A stretch of 64,000 nt of DNA, from contig JBGAML010000017.1 of the NCBI GenBank assembly GCA_044223005.1, positions 32,001 to 96,000 on the forward strand, read 5' to 3'. Under the pieces are notes generated by a model, which was given only the letters and a program-made list of their open reading frames with translations, had not been told where the DNA came from and did not search any database. Each line of letters starts with the position of its first letter. The stretch's first letter is position 1. This stretch comes from Candidatus Eiseniibacteriota bacterium (lineage in GTDB: Bacteria; Eisenbacteria; RBG-16-71-46). Below, one piece after another: positions 1-8,858 of the stretch. Position numbers and translations under genes: made by a program.

Positions 1-98
1 TCGACTACGTCTACAGCGTCGACTACACGCAGCGCCACGCCGAGTATTCCTACTTCAGCCGCCGGTTCCTCGTGGCGGGGTTCAGCGTCTCGTGGTAG
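1..98 (+). CDS. 3' end of a probable outer-membrane beta-barrel protein (partial)
   Basis: Frame from nt 3 reads DYVYSVDYTQRHAEYSYFSRRFLVAGFSVSW-stop (TAG 96-98), with alternating hydrophobic residues and a terminal aromatic like a barrel beta-signal. Confidence 0.5.
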   Translation, partial: DYVYSVDYTQRHAEYSYFSRRFLVAGFSVSW

Positions 99-108
99 AA
101 CGCCGGCC

Positions 109-882
109 ATGAGCCCCGCGCCGCTGCGCCTCGCCATCGTGGACGACGAGCCGCTCGCGCGTGCCCGCGTGCGCCGCATGCTCGCCGGCGATCCGCAGGT
201 CGAAGTCGTCGGCGAGGCCGGCAACGCGGACGAAGCCCGAGCACTGGTGCGCACGGCGCGCCCCGACGCGCTGCTGCTCGACATCCAGATGCCGGGCGAG
301 GACGGCTTCGCCCTGCTGGCGTCGCTCGACCCGCGGCCGGCGGTCGTGTTCGTGACGGCGTACGACCAGTACGCCGTGCGCGCGTTCGAGGAAAACGCGG
401 TCGATTACCTGCTCAAGCCGTTCCGCGCCGAGCGGCTCGCCGGCGCACTGGCCCGGCTCCGCACCGAGCTCGAACGGCCCGCCGAGCTGTCGCGCCGGCT
501 CGAGGAGCTGCTCGCGGCCGTCGGCCCGGGCGCGCGGCCCGACGGCTGGCTCGAGCGCTTCACCGTGCGCGTGGGACTCAAGCAGCGCATCGTGAAGGTG
601 GCGGACGTGCTGTGGTTCGGCGCCGAGGACAAGCTCGTGTTCGCCGCCGTCGAGGGCGATCGCCACTACGTCAACTTCACGCTCGACGAACTCGAGCGCC
701 GGCTCGATCCCTCCCGCTTCGCGCGCGTGCACCGCTCGGCGATCGCGAACCTCGACCGCGCGGAGGCGATGCGCCCCGGCTTCGCGGGCACGTGGCGTCT
801 GCAGATGAACGACGCGGCGCGCACCGAGGTGCCGGTGAGCCGCGCGCGGGCGCGCGCGCTGCGCCAGCGACTCGGCGCCTAG
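109..882 (+). CDS. LytR/AlgR family two-component response regulator
   Basis: Receiver motifs IVDDEPLAR, LLDIQMP, VFVTAYDQYA, DYLLKP; LytTR motif FARVHRSAIAN. Confidence 0.95.
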   Translation: MSPAPLRLAIVDDEPLARARVRRMLAGDPQVEVVGEAGNADEARALVRTARPDALLLDIQMPGEDGFALLASLDPRPAVVFVTAYDQYAVRAFEENAVDYLLKPFRAERLAGALARLRTELERPAELSRRLEELLAAVGPGARPDGWLERFTVRVGLKQRIVKVADVLWFGAEDKLVFAAVEGDRHYVNFTLDELERRLDPSRFARVHRSAIANLDRAEAMRPGFAGTWRLQMNDAARTEVPVSRARARALRQRLGA

Positions 883-907
883 GTCCTGTCCGCGCGCCCG
901 CCCCGCG

Positions 908-1591
908 TCAGTCCACCACCACGCGCAGGTCGCCGCCATCGCGCAGCGTCGCCACCGCGGCCGCGATCAGCCCGGTCGAACCAAGCATCTTGCTGGTTTC
1001 CTCGCTCACGCGCGCGAGCACGAAAGTCCACTGGTGCGGGCCGCCGTGCCACATCAGCCAGCCACCGAGCCGGCCGAACGCCGAGTGCCCCGCACCCGCG
1101 AGCACGGCCGCCGCGACGACGAGGACCGCCCGCCGCCGGGGCAGCGCCCGCAGCAACGGCCATGCGGTCACCGCGCCCACGACGGCGATCGCGATCGCCG
1201 TCGCGATCCATGCGTCGCGCGAAACGTGGAAGTGCGTCGAGCGCGCGGTGAACTCGATCGTCCGCTCGAACAGCGAGGCGTCCTCGAGCACGGAGACGCC
1301 GAGCGTCGCCGCCGCGAACGCGCCCCAGCGCCATGCGTGCCCGTCGCGCAGCCGGGAGGATCGCACCGCGTGCAGCGCGAACAGGGTCGCGAGCGTCCCA
1401 AGCAGCACGGTCGAGTACCAGGTGGGCAGGTTGTTCTCGGCGGCGAGATCGAACATGCCCTCCCAGCCGTGCAGGACCGGGTGCGGCGCGAGGAACATGG
1501 ACCATCCGGCGACGAGCCCGGCGGCGGCGAGGAGGAAGACTCCGGCGGCGAGCACGCGTACGAGCGCGCGCATCGGCAGGTGCAGGGACAT
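908..1591 (-). CDS. hypothetical multi-pass membrane protein
   Basis: 227-aa ORF with about 6 hydrophobic segments and a FDLAAENNLPTWYS motif; GGAGG-like SD upstream. Confidence 0.7.
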   Translation of the reverse strand: MSLHLPMRALVRVLAAGVFLLAAAGLVAGWSMFLAPHPVLHGWEGMFDLAAENNLPTWYSTVLLGTLATLFALHAVRSSRLRDGHAWRWGAFAAATLGVSVLEDASLFERTIEFTARSTHFHVSRDAWIATAIAIAVVGAVTAWPLLRALPRRRAVLVVAAAVLAGAGHSAFGRLGGWLMWHGGPHQWTFVLARVSEETSKMLGSTGLIAAAVATLRDGGDLRVVVD

Positions 1592-1755
1592 GAAGGGCCT
1601 CCGCGGGATGCCGCGCGCGCCGGGCCGTTCCCGGGCCGCGCCGGCTCCCGGTTCCTCCTACCCGGCCTCGTGCGTCCGGGTTCGCGCGAAAGCGGGAATT
1701 TCGTGGCCAATCCGCAAGGGTCGCCACAATCGGCTCCCGGACGGGCGCACGGCGC

Positions 1756-1785
1756 TTGACCCTGTCGCGCGCGCCGGGGTACAAG
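1756..1785 (+). promoter_or_regulatory. putative sigma70 promoter for the MFS gene
   Basis: TTGACC(1756-1761)-18 nt-TACAAG(1780-1785); the -10 is weak. Confidence 0.35.
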
Positions 1786-1873
1786 CACGCACGTTGGGAG
1801 CCGCTCGCCGCCCCACGCCGGGGAACGGCCGGCCGGATCGTGATCGAACCTCCATCACCCGCGAGGCCGTTCG

Positions 1874-3274
1874 ATGTCGCCGACCCCCGTCACCTATCCC
1901 AACCTGAGCAGCGAGTTCCAGGCCCGACGCACGCTCAACTGGCTGTCCGTCGGCCTCATGTACGCGTTCTTCTACACCACGCGCTACAACTGGACCGTCG
2001 TCTCGCCCAAGATCGCGAACATCCTCGGCTGGCAGAACGCCCAGCTCGGCGTGTTCGAGACGATGATGCCGATCGTCTACGCGTTCTCCGTCATCTTCAA
2101 CGGCCCGATCGCCGACCGCGTCGGCGGCAAGAAGGCGTTCCTGTTCGGCGCCGCCGGCGTCGTCGTGATGAACGCGCTCTTCGGCCTCGCCAGCTTCGCC
2201 GTCGTGACGCCCGCCGTGTGGGAAGGCGCCAAGGCCACCAAGCATCTCGTCACGCCCGCCGTCCTGCGCCCCGGCGTCGAGCCCGGCGCACTGCTCGCGA
2301 TGATGGCGATCACGTGGGGCCTGAACGGCTACTTCCAGGCCTTCGGCGCGCTCTCGATCGTGAAGATCAACGCGCACTGGTTCCACACCCGCGAGCGCGG
2401 CTGGTTCTCCGGCGTGTTCGGCGTGCTGATCCGCCTCGGGCTGCTGATGGCGTTCTCGGGCATCCCGATCATCCTGAAGAACTTCCCGTGGCAGTACGCG
2501 TTCTGGATCCCCGCCGGCTGCGTCGCGGTGTTCTTCCTGGTCAACGCCGCGTTCGTGAAGGATTCGCCGAAGGACGCGGGGTTCGGCGAGTTCGAGACCG
2601 GCGACGCGCACGACGACGACGCTCCGGTCTCGCTCGGCTACGTCGTGAAGAAGATCTTCGGCTCGCGCGTCACGTGGATCATCGCGCTCAGCTCGATGAT
2701 GATCGGCTTCGTGCGCCGCAGCCATCTCGACTCGTGGTGGCCGCGCTACTTCGAGCAGTACCACGGCGCCACCCCCGACGACTTCGCCACGTACGCCCCC
2801 TACCAGCTCGCCACGTGGGGCATCGCGCTCGCCGGCATCGCCGGCGGCTTCACGTTCGGCATCATGTCCGATCGAACGTTCGGTGGCCGCCGCGCCCCCG
2901 TGATCACCGCCGGCTTCATCGGCATGGCACTGGTGCTCGCACTCTCCGGCCTCGGCGACCACATGCACATGGGCCCGATGATGGCCGCCACCTGGCTCGT
3001 CGTGCTCTCGTTCTGCGTCAACGGCGCCCACGGCATGATCGGCGGCGCCGCGAGCATGGACTTCGGCGGCAAGAAGGCCGCCGCGACCGCCGCCGGCATG
3101 TTCGACGGCATGCAGTACCTGACCGCCTTCATCGTCGGCCCCGGCGTCCCACTGGTGACCAGGAAGTGGGGCTGGGAAGCCTGGCACTGGGCCCCGGTCC
3201 CATTCGCCATCCTCGGCGCGCTCCTGATGAGCACGCTCTGGAACGTGACACCGAGCCGGAAGGCCGGACACTAG
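1874..3274 (+). CDS. MFS transporter, OPA (GlpT/UhpC-like) family
   Basis: YAFFYTTRYN, GPIADRVGGK, LNGYFQAFG, WFHTRERG, ASMDFGGKKAAATAAGMFDGMQY; about 12 TM segments. Confidence 0.9.
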   Translation: MSPTPVTYPNLSSEFQARRTLNWLSVGLMYAFFYTTRYNWTVVSPKIANILGWQNAQLGVFETMMPIVYAFSVIFNGPIADRVGGKKAFLFGAAGVVVMNALFGLASFAVVTPAVWEGAKATKHLVTPAVLRPGVEPGALLAMMAITWGLNGYFQAFGALSIVKINAHWFHTRERGWFSGVFGVLIRLGLLMAFSGIPIILKNFPWQYAFWIPAGCVAVFFLVNAAFVKDSPKDAGFGEFETGDAHDDDAPVSLGYVVKKIFGSRVTWIIALSSMMIGFVRRSHLDSWWPRYFEQYHGATPDDFATYAPYQLATWGIALAGIAGGFTFGIMSDRTFGGRRAPVITAGFIGMALVLALSGLGDHMHMGPMMAATWLVVLSFCVNGAHGMIGGAASMDFGGKKAAATAAGMFDGMQYLTAFIVGPGVPLVTRKWGWEAWHWAPVPFAILGALLMSTLWNVTPSRKAGH

Positions 3275-3309
3275 GCTCGTCACTCGGCGACCGACCGCAG
3301 GACACGACG

Positions 3310-3342
3310 ACGCCCGCTCGCGCGAGGAGCGCGGGCGGGCGT
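3310..3342 (+). terminator. GC-rich stem-loop after the MFS gene
   Basis: acgcccgctcgcgc-gagga-gcgcgggcgggcgt between convergent genes; no clear U-tract. Confidence 0.5.
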
Positions 3343-3358
3343 TGGGGTCTGGGGGTGG

Positions 3359-4285
3359 CTAGGGGCTCGCGCTGGCCTGCGCGCTGCACGACCACGCGTG
3401 TGCCGGGAGGCGTAGACCGCCACTTGGATCGATGGTGATCAGGCTCGCGAGATCCGTCACACGAACGCCGAACATGCTCGAGAATCCGGATACGATTCTC
3501 AGACGGCTCGCCAGGATCGGCACTTCGCAGCGTCCGTGACGAACCGATCTCGGAACGGGCACGAGCAGCTCCTCGTCCGGGATCGCCCAGTCGTCTCTGG
3601 CGAAGCGAATTCGCGTCGGTGCGCGGCCCCAGCCGCCGAGCACCCACTTGCTCGATGTGCATCGCCAGTAGCCGTCGGCAGGCGACCGGAGCCGCCCGTT
3701 GGCGTTCCGCCCCTCCAGCTTCACCCTTGCGAGCCCCACAGAAGCCGCCAGCAACGGCTCGACGTCGCAGCGAATGACGATCGATTCCGCGATCGAATCG
3801 GGGACGGCGGCGTCGCAAGCCACTCGGCCGCTGTCGTCCAGGGCAATTCCAAAGGTCGTGTAGCCGGCTTCGCGGCGGACGCTAGGGGCAGGGTCGGCGT
3901 TGGCTCCAAAGATCACGTGCACGCCGCGCTTGATTCCCAGTCTGGAGTAGCCGCTCGCGAAGGAGGATACCCCGCCGCGAAGGACGGAGTCCGGCGAGTA
4001 GCCTTGGACCAAGCTGTCGATGGCGATGGAGTCGCCATCCATTCCATAACCATGCATGGCGATCACGTGGCCGAATCCGATGAGGTCACAACGCCACCAT
4101 CTCGCCAGCGCGTTTCGTACAGGGCTCCTACACGGCGCCGGCTCGTCCCACTCGTGACGCACTCGCTTCGCGTCGCTCCCCATGCTCTGGCCGCCGGCCG
4201 GCGAAGTGAAAGCCAGCGCAAGGAACCCGAGCGCGAACCACGAGACCAGTCGCCCGGCGCATTGATGGCGAAAGACACTGTGCAT
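3359..4285 (-). CDS. hypothetical protein with possible signal peptide
   Basis: Long ORF with atypical codon usage; LVSWFALGFLALAFTSPAGG resembles a signal peptide; no recognisable domain; start uncertain. Confidence 0.4.
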   Translation of the reverse strand: MHSVFRHQCAGRLVSWFALGFLALAFTSPAGGQSMGSDAKRVRHEWDEPAPCRSPVRNALARWWRCDLIGFGHVIAMHGYGMDGDSIAIDSLVQGYSPDSVLRGGVSSFASGYSRLGIKRGVHVIFGANADPAPSVRREAGYTTFGIALDDSGRVACDAAVPDSIAESIVIRCDVEPLLAASVGLARVKLEGRNANGRLRSPADGYWRCTSSKWVLGGWGRAPTRIRFARDDWAIPDEELLVPVPRSVRHGRCEVPILASRLRIVSGFSSMFGVRVTDLASLITIDPSGGLRLPAHAWSCSAQASASP

Positions 4286-4411
4286 GACGATGTGCGGCCC
4301 TCGCACGATGGGCGGCGCTGGTCGCCGCTCAGGAAATCCCGGTGCTGGCACTTCAGGATGGGAACATAGCAGCTGCTGCGAGTACCAGTGCTCGGGAGTC
4401 CTCGCGACCGC

Positions 4412-5725
4412 TCACGCCGCCGCGAACGGTGCCTGCGGCCTCGCCTTCGCAAGTGAGCCGAGTGCCGCGCGCACGTGCGCCTCGAGTGTCTGCTCTGGAC
4501 CGCCCGCGCACGACGCGGCCGCGGACTTCGCTTCGTCCGGGCGGAACTTCAGCGAGCGCAGCGCGGCGATCACGTCGCGCGTGCGGGCGTCGATGGTGTC
4601 GCGCGATTGGCGCTCGGCCTCGGTTACAGCACAGCCGGCCTCCCGCTCGGCCACGCGCTTCGCGGCTGCGACGGTCCTGGCCGCTTCGCGCGCCTCCCGG
4701 GCCGCGGCGCGACGGGCCTTCATGAACCCGGCTCCGAACGCCTTCTCGGCCGCGAGCTGGTTGTGCGCGTGGCAGCGCAACCGCAGGTTCGGGACCGTGC
4801 TCTCTCCACCCAGCGCTTGCGGAACAATGTGATCGTACTGCAGTTGCTTGCGACATTCGCATCGTCGGCCGGCATCGCTCGTGTACGTGCACTGGCCGCC
4901 GTCGCGCTGCCATACTTCGCGACGCACATGCTTCGGGATGTAGCGACTTCCGCACCCCATCGTACCGTCGACCGCGGGCTCCGGTCGTGCCGTGCGCCGG
5001 CCCGAGCCGAACTTCCGCTTCTCCAGCTTCTCGCGCCACGCCGTGACCATCTGCGCGAACGCTCGCACCGGATCGTGCGCGACGTCGTACGGCGCCAGCG
5101 CGAGGGCGTCGCGATAGGCATCCGCGAGCTCGGCGGGCACAGTGAAAGCGATCGTGCGGCGGGCCGGCGCGGGCGGCGTGATCGGCGCGTAAGCAGCGGT
5201 CGCGTGAACCGACTCGACCGCTTGACCGTTTCCAGATATGACCGGAACCGGTTCCGGTTCGCTCTCAGGATTCGCAACAACTTGCGCGAGCAAGTCCGGC
5301 GCGGACTCACCGGTCGACGTGCGTGCGACGAGCATGTCGCGGATCTCCAGCACCGACCGGTTCGCCGCGGCGGCGATCAACTCGTCGGCGTTGTCCGGCT
5401 CGATGTGCACGGCGAGCATGAGGATCGCTCGCAGGTGCAGCCGCCCATCCGCGATCGCCGGCAACAGCGCCGGCACGCGGCGCACGGCTCTCGCCGCCTG
5501 GATCTTCTTGTCCGCCGAATCGGCATCCATCCCCAGTTCGCCGACCAGGAACGCCGTCGTCGAACGATACGCCGCTTCGACGTAGAGCTGGCGCGCATCG
5601 ATCTCGGCGAGATGCTCGAGCAGATCCGCGAGATTGGCCGCACGAGCGGTCAACAGCGAGCGCGTCTCCGAAAGCAGGACCTGGGGCGTGAGCGAGAAGA
5701 GCGAGCGAACGGTCCGCATGTGCAC
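4412..5725 (-). CDS. HNH endonuclease with DUF222-like N-terminus and RuvA C-terminal-like domain
   Basis: RYIPKHVRREVWQRDGGQC...RC...LQYDHIVPQALGGESTVPNLRLRCHAHN (HNH); C-terminal DVIAALRSLKFRPDEAKSA...VRAAL resembles RuvA domain III. Confidence 0.85.
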   Translation of the reverse strand: MHMRTVRSLFSLTPQVLLSETRSLLTARAANLADLLEHLAEIDARQLYVEAAYRSTTAFLVGELGMDADSADKKIQAARAVRRVPALLPAIADGRLHLRAILMLAVHIEPDNADELIAAAANRSVLEIRDMLVARTSTGESAPDLLAQVVANPESEPEPVPVISGNGQAVESVHATAAYAPITPPAPARRTIAFTVPAELADAYRDALALAPYDVAHDPVRAFAQMVTAWREKLEKRKFGSGRRTARPEPAVDGTMGCGSRYIPKHVRREVWQRDGGQCTYTSDAGRRCECRKQLQYDHIVPQALGGESTVPNLRLRCHAHNQLAAEKAFGAGFMKARRAAAREAREAARTVAAAKRVAEREAGCAVTEAERQSRDTIDARTRDVIAALRSLKFRPDEAKSAAASCAGGPEQTLEAHVRAALGSLAKARPQAPFAAA

Positions 5726-5956
5726 ATCCGCGTCGGGGGCGGGTGCGTGTCGGGCGCACGTACTTCATAGCACACGCAAATTCGGCCGCCGCAGATGCGC
5801 GCACGCGCCGAATCGCGACGCAACGCGACATCGCGCGAGGACTCGCATGCGTTCGGCGATGTACGGACGCATACCCCACGCACGCGGCACGCACGCACTC
5901 GGGCCTCGGATTCGAGAACGTTGCTCGCGAAATCGCGTCAAGTGGAATCGGTGGCC

Positions 5957-6003
5957 CAGACCGGGCACACTGGTAACACTGCAGACCGGGGACATGGGTT
6001 ACA
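5957..6003 (+). repeat. IS481-type subterminal tandem repeats (left-end-like)
   Basis: ccagaccgggcacactggtaaca and gcagaccggggacatgggttaca upstream of the transposase; a similar pair recurs at 6736-6780. Confidence 0.65.
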
Positions 6004-6042
6004 GCGCGGGAGCATCCTTCGCGGTCGAAGGAGGACCGTGCG

Positions 6043-6736
6043 ATGCCCTGGGCTAGGACCGCCTCGATGTCCGAACGACTGAAGTTCGTCGCCACTTACC
6101 TGGAGTACGAGGTCTGCTTCTCGGGCCTCTGTCGTGACTTCGGGATCAGCCGCAAGACGGGCTACAAGTGGATCCGTCGTTACGAGGCCGGCGGCGCATC
6201 GGCGCTCGACGAGCGCTCGCGAGCTCCGCGTGATCATCCCAACGCGGTTGGCGATGACATCGTCGAAGCCGTCGTGGCGCTTCGTCGCAAGCACCCGCGA
6301 TGGGGTCCGCGCAAGTTGAAGGTGGTGCTGGCCCGGAAGTGGGCGGAGGCCGAAGTGCCTGCGGCGAGCACGATCGGTGACATCCTCAAGCGCAACGACC
6401 TTGTCCGCGTGCGACGACGTGTTCGTCGCAGCTCGCCCTTCGCCGATCAGTTGCGACAGTACTCCGGACCCAACGTGGCCTGATGCGCTGACTTCAAAGG
6501 GCATTTCCCGGTCGGCGGACAGCGCGCCATCCCCTGGCGATCAGCGATGGGTTCAGTCGCTATCTGCTGGGCTGTCGAGCCCTGCGTCGCCCGCAGTACC
6601 GCTGCGCGAAGGACGTTTTCGAGGCCGTCTTCCGCGAGTACGGCCTGCCCCAGGCGATCCGGACCGACAACGGTCCGCCGTTCTCCACGCTCGCACTGGC
6701 GGGCCTATCGCGACTATCGGTGTGGTGGATCCGGGT
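6043..6736 (+). pseudogene. IS481-family transposase, disrupted and 3'-truncated
   Basis: MPW..., HTH LCRDFGISRKTGYKWIRRY, HPRWGPRKL; TGA at 6481-6483 replaces W in W-CADFKG; frameshift near 6526 restores HPLAISDGFSRYLL...IRTDNGPPF...LSVWWIR; third DDE residue absent. Confidence 0.9.
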
Positions 6737-6780
6737 CCAGACCGGGCACACGGGTAGCCGTGCAGACCAGGAACATGGGG
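6736..6780 (+). repeat. second, direct-orientation copy of the IS end repeats
   Basis: ccagaccgggcacacgggtagccgtgcagaccaggaacatgggg, similar to 5957-6003, located where transposase homology stops. Confidence 0.6.
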
Positions 6781-6845
6781 CGCGGAGAAGGACCCGAACG
6801 CCGAGCTCGTTCGATCCCCGCCCCGCTCACCGGGCGGCGGGGAAT

Positions 6846-6986
6846 CCCCGGGTCCGTACACCGCGAACGGAAGGCGTCGCGGAGGCCGCGAGAGGCAAGG
6901 ATGCCGAAGCGGCCGGAGCGCGAGTGAGCCGAAGGCATGGACGCCGCAGGCGAACGTCCTTCCGTTCGCGGTGTACGGACCCGGGG
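6846..6986. repeat. 141-bp palindromic element with perfect 29-bp inverted repeats (MITE/REP-like)
   Basis: ccccgggtccgtacaccgcgaacggaagg (6846-6874) is the exact reverse complement of 6958-6986. Confidence 0.85.
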
Positions 6987-7080
6987 CGGGCGGAAGGGCC
7001 ACCCGCATCGAGCGAGCGAACCGGCCGCGAGTGGCGCGGCCCAACGCCCCCCCCCACGCGCGCGCCGAACGCCCCCCCCG

Positions 7081-7890
7081 CTACCTCACCCGCTCCGCCC
7101 CCGCGTACACGTTCATCCGCCCCTCGCGCAGGAAGCCCACGAGCGTCATGCGAGAAGCGAGCGCCAGGTCCACCGACAGCGTGCTCGGCGCGCCCACCGC
7201 GGCCAGCACGCGGATGCCTGCGCGCGCCGCCTTGAGCACGATCTCCGCCCCGGCGCGTCCGCTCACCCAGAGCACGCCCGCGCCAGCCGGGCGCTCGCCC
7301 GCCGCCAGCAGCACGCCGCACACCTTGTCGACGGCGTTGTGCCGGCCGATGTCCTCGCGCACGAATCGCGGCTCCATTGCCGCGTCGCACCATGCCGCCG
7401 CGTGCAGCCCGCCGGTCGCCGCGAAACCCGCCTGCTCGCCACGCAGGCGCTCGGCCAGCCCCAGCAGCGCCTCGCGCGGGACCGGCTCGCCCTCCGGCAG
7501 CGGCGAAAGCGACGCGCGCAGCGATTCCAGGTGCGCGCGGCCACAGAGCCCGCAGGCCGCGCTCGCCGCGAAGTGGCGCTCGAGCGCCGTCCAGTCGAGC
7601 GCCACGCCCGGAGCCAGCACGGCGTCCGCGACGTCCGGCTCGTCGGCGCACGCCGCGGCCGCGAGCGTCACACCCGCGAGGTCCTCCCGTCGACGCAGCA
7701 CGCCCTCTCCCGCGAGGAATCCCGCGACCAGCTCCTCGTCGTGTCCCGGCGTGCGCAGCGTCACCGCGAGCGAGCGGCCGCCGACGCGGATCTCCAGCGC
7801 GCGTTCGATCGCGATCGCGTCCTCGACGCTTTCGGACGAACGGCCGGTCACGCGCGTGACCGGCCGTCGCTCGGCGTTCGGGATCGCCAT
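7081..7890 (-). CDS. fdhD: formate dehydrogenase accessory sulfurtransferase FdhD
   Basis: LRTPGHDEELVAGFLAGEG, CGLCG, FAATGGLHAAA, REDIGRHNAVDK, AVGAPSTLSVDLA. Confidence 0.95.
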   Translation of the reverse strand: MAIPNAERRPVTRVTGRSSESVEDAIAIERALEIRVGGRSLAVTLRTPGHDEELVAGFLAGEGVLRRREDLAGVTLAAAACADEPDVADAVLAPGVALDWTALERHFAASAACGLCGRAHLESLRASLSPLPEGEPVPREALLGLAERLRGEQAGFAATGGLHAAAWCDAAMEPRFVREDIGRHNAVDKVCGVLLAAGERPAGAGVLWVSGRAGAEIVLKAARAGIRVLAAVGAPSTLSVDLALASRMTLVGFLREGRMNVYAGAERVR

Positions 7891-7895
7891 GCGTG

Positions 7896-8693
7896 TCAGA
7901 CCTTCGGGTGCTCCGTGTGGGTCGCGAGCGTGCCGTCGGGCAGGGGAACGAGCGTGTAGTCGGCGAACACGTTCGGCGCCTCCTGCTGCATGATCCGCAG
8001 CATCGCCACCGCCACCTTGCGGATCTCGACTTCGGCGTGCTCGCTGCCGCGCAGCTCGATGAAGTGCCGCAGCGCGCGCGCGTTGCCCGTCACGAAGATC
8101 TTGGTCTCGGTCGCGTTCGGCAGCACGGAGCGCGCCGCCTGCCGCGCCATCTTGCGGCGCAGCGTCTTGTCCGCGACGTCCGTGAACTTGGCCTCGAGGC
8201 CCGACACCAGGCGATCGTAGCCCGTGCGCGCCGCGTTGACGGCCTCGGTCCACGCCGCATGCAGTTCGGGATCGCCGGCGATCACGTCGGGCTCCACGAA
8301 CTCGCATTCGCTCTCGTCGACGTAGCGCTGCGAGAGCTGCGAATACGAGAAGTGCCGGTGACGGATCAGCTCGTGCGTGAACGAGCGCGACACGCCCGTC
8401 ACGAGGAAGCTCCACACGCCGTGCTCCAGCACCGAGCCATGTCCCACCTCGATGATGTGCGAGAGGAAATCGGCGTTGGTCTTGCGGCCCTTGCCGTACG
8501 ACATGTAGCAGACGCGGCCGGCCAGTTCGGCGAGCGCTTCGGCACCCACCTCGGTGTCGGTCTGCCACGTGCGCTTCTCGTCGGCGAGGAAGCGCTCGAT
8601 TTCGTCGGGACTCACGGTCTGGCGGCCCACGAGATAGACCTTCGGCTCGCGGACGATCTTCAGCTCACGGGTGTCGAGTGCCGCCGCTTCCAT
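7896..8693 (-). CDS. thyX: FAD-dependent thymidylate synthase
   Basis: ELAGRVCYMS, GHGSVLEH, HELIRHRHFSYSQLSQRYV (RHRx7S motif), ARSVLPNATET. Confidence 0.97.
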   Translation of the reverse strand: MEAAALDTRELKIVREPKVYLVGRQTVSPDEIERFLADEKRTWQTDTEVGAEALAELAGRVCYMSYGKGRKTNADFLSHIIEVGHGSVLEHGVWSFLVTGVSRSFTHELIRHRHFSYSQLSQRYVDESECEFVEPDVIAGDPELHAAWTEAVNAARTGYDRLVSGLEAKFTDVADKTLRRKMARQAARSVLPNATETKIFVTGNARALRHFIELRGSEHAEVEIRKVAVAMLRIMQQEAPNVFADYTLVPLPDGTLATHTEHPKV

Positions 8694-8858
8694 GCGCTCT
8701 CCTTGCGTCGGGCGCGCTCACGGGCGCGCCGCGGCGCGGCGTGCGCGCGTGCCCGGGTCGACGGGCCGCGCGACGTGGGTCGCGCCGGCGACGCGTGAAG
8801 CCGCCGGCGTGGAACGTGGGTGTCGCCGCGCAATGTACCCCAGCGCGGGGGGCTCGAT

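Noticed and set aside
6481..6483. In-frame TGA at a conserved Trp, as possible recoding
   Set aside because: TGA is the normal stop across the window, and the same gene also has a frameshift and truncation, so this is pseudogenisation
5957..6986. Repeats as a possible CRISPR array
   Set aside because: Too few, irregularly spaced, partly inverted, and no cas genes; better explained as IS ends and a palindrome
8694..8858. GC-rich leader upstream of thyX as a folate-related riboswitch
   Set aside because: No recognisable THF or ZTP consensus; a covariance search would be needed to support it
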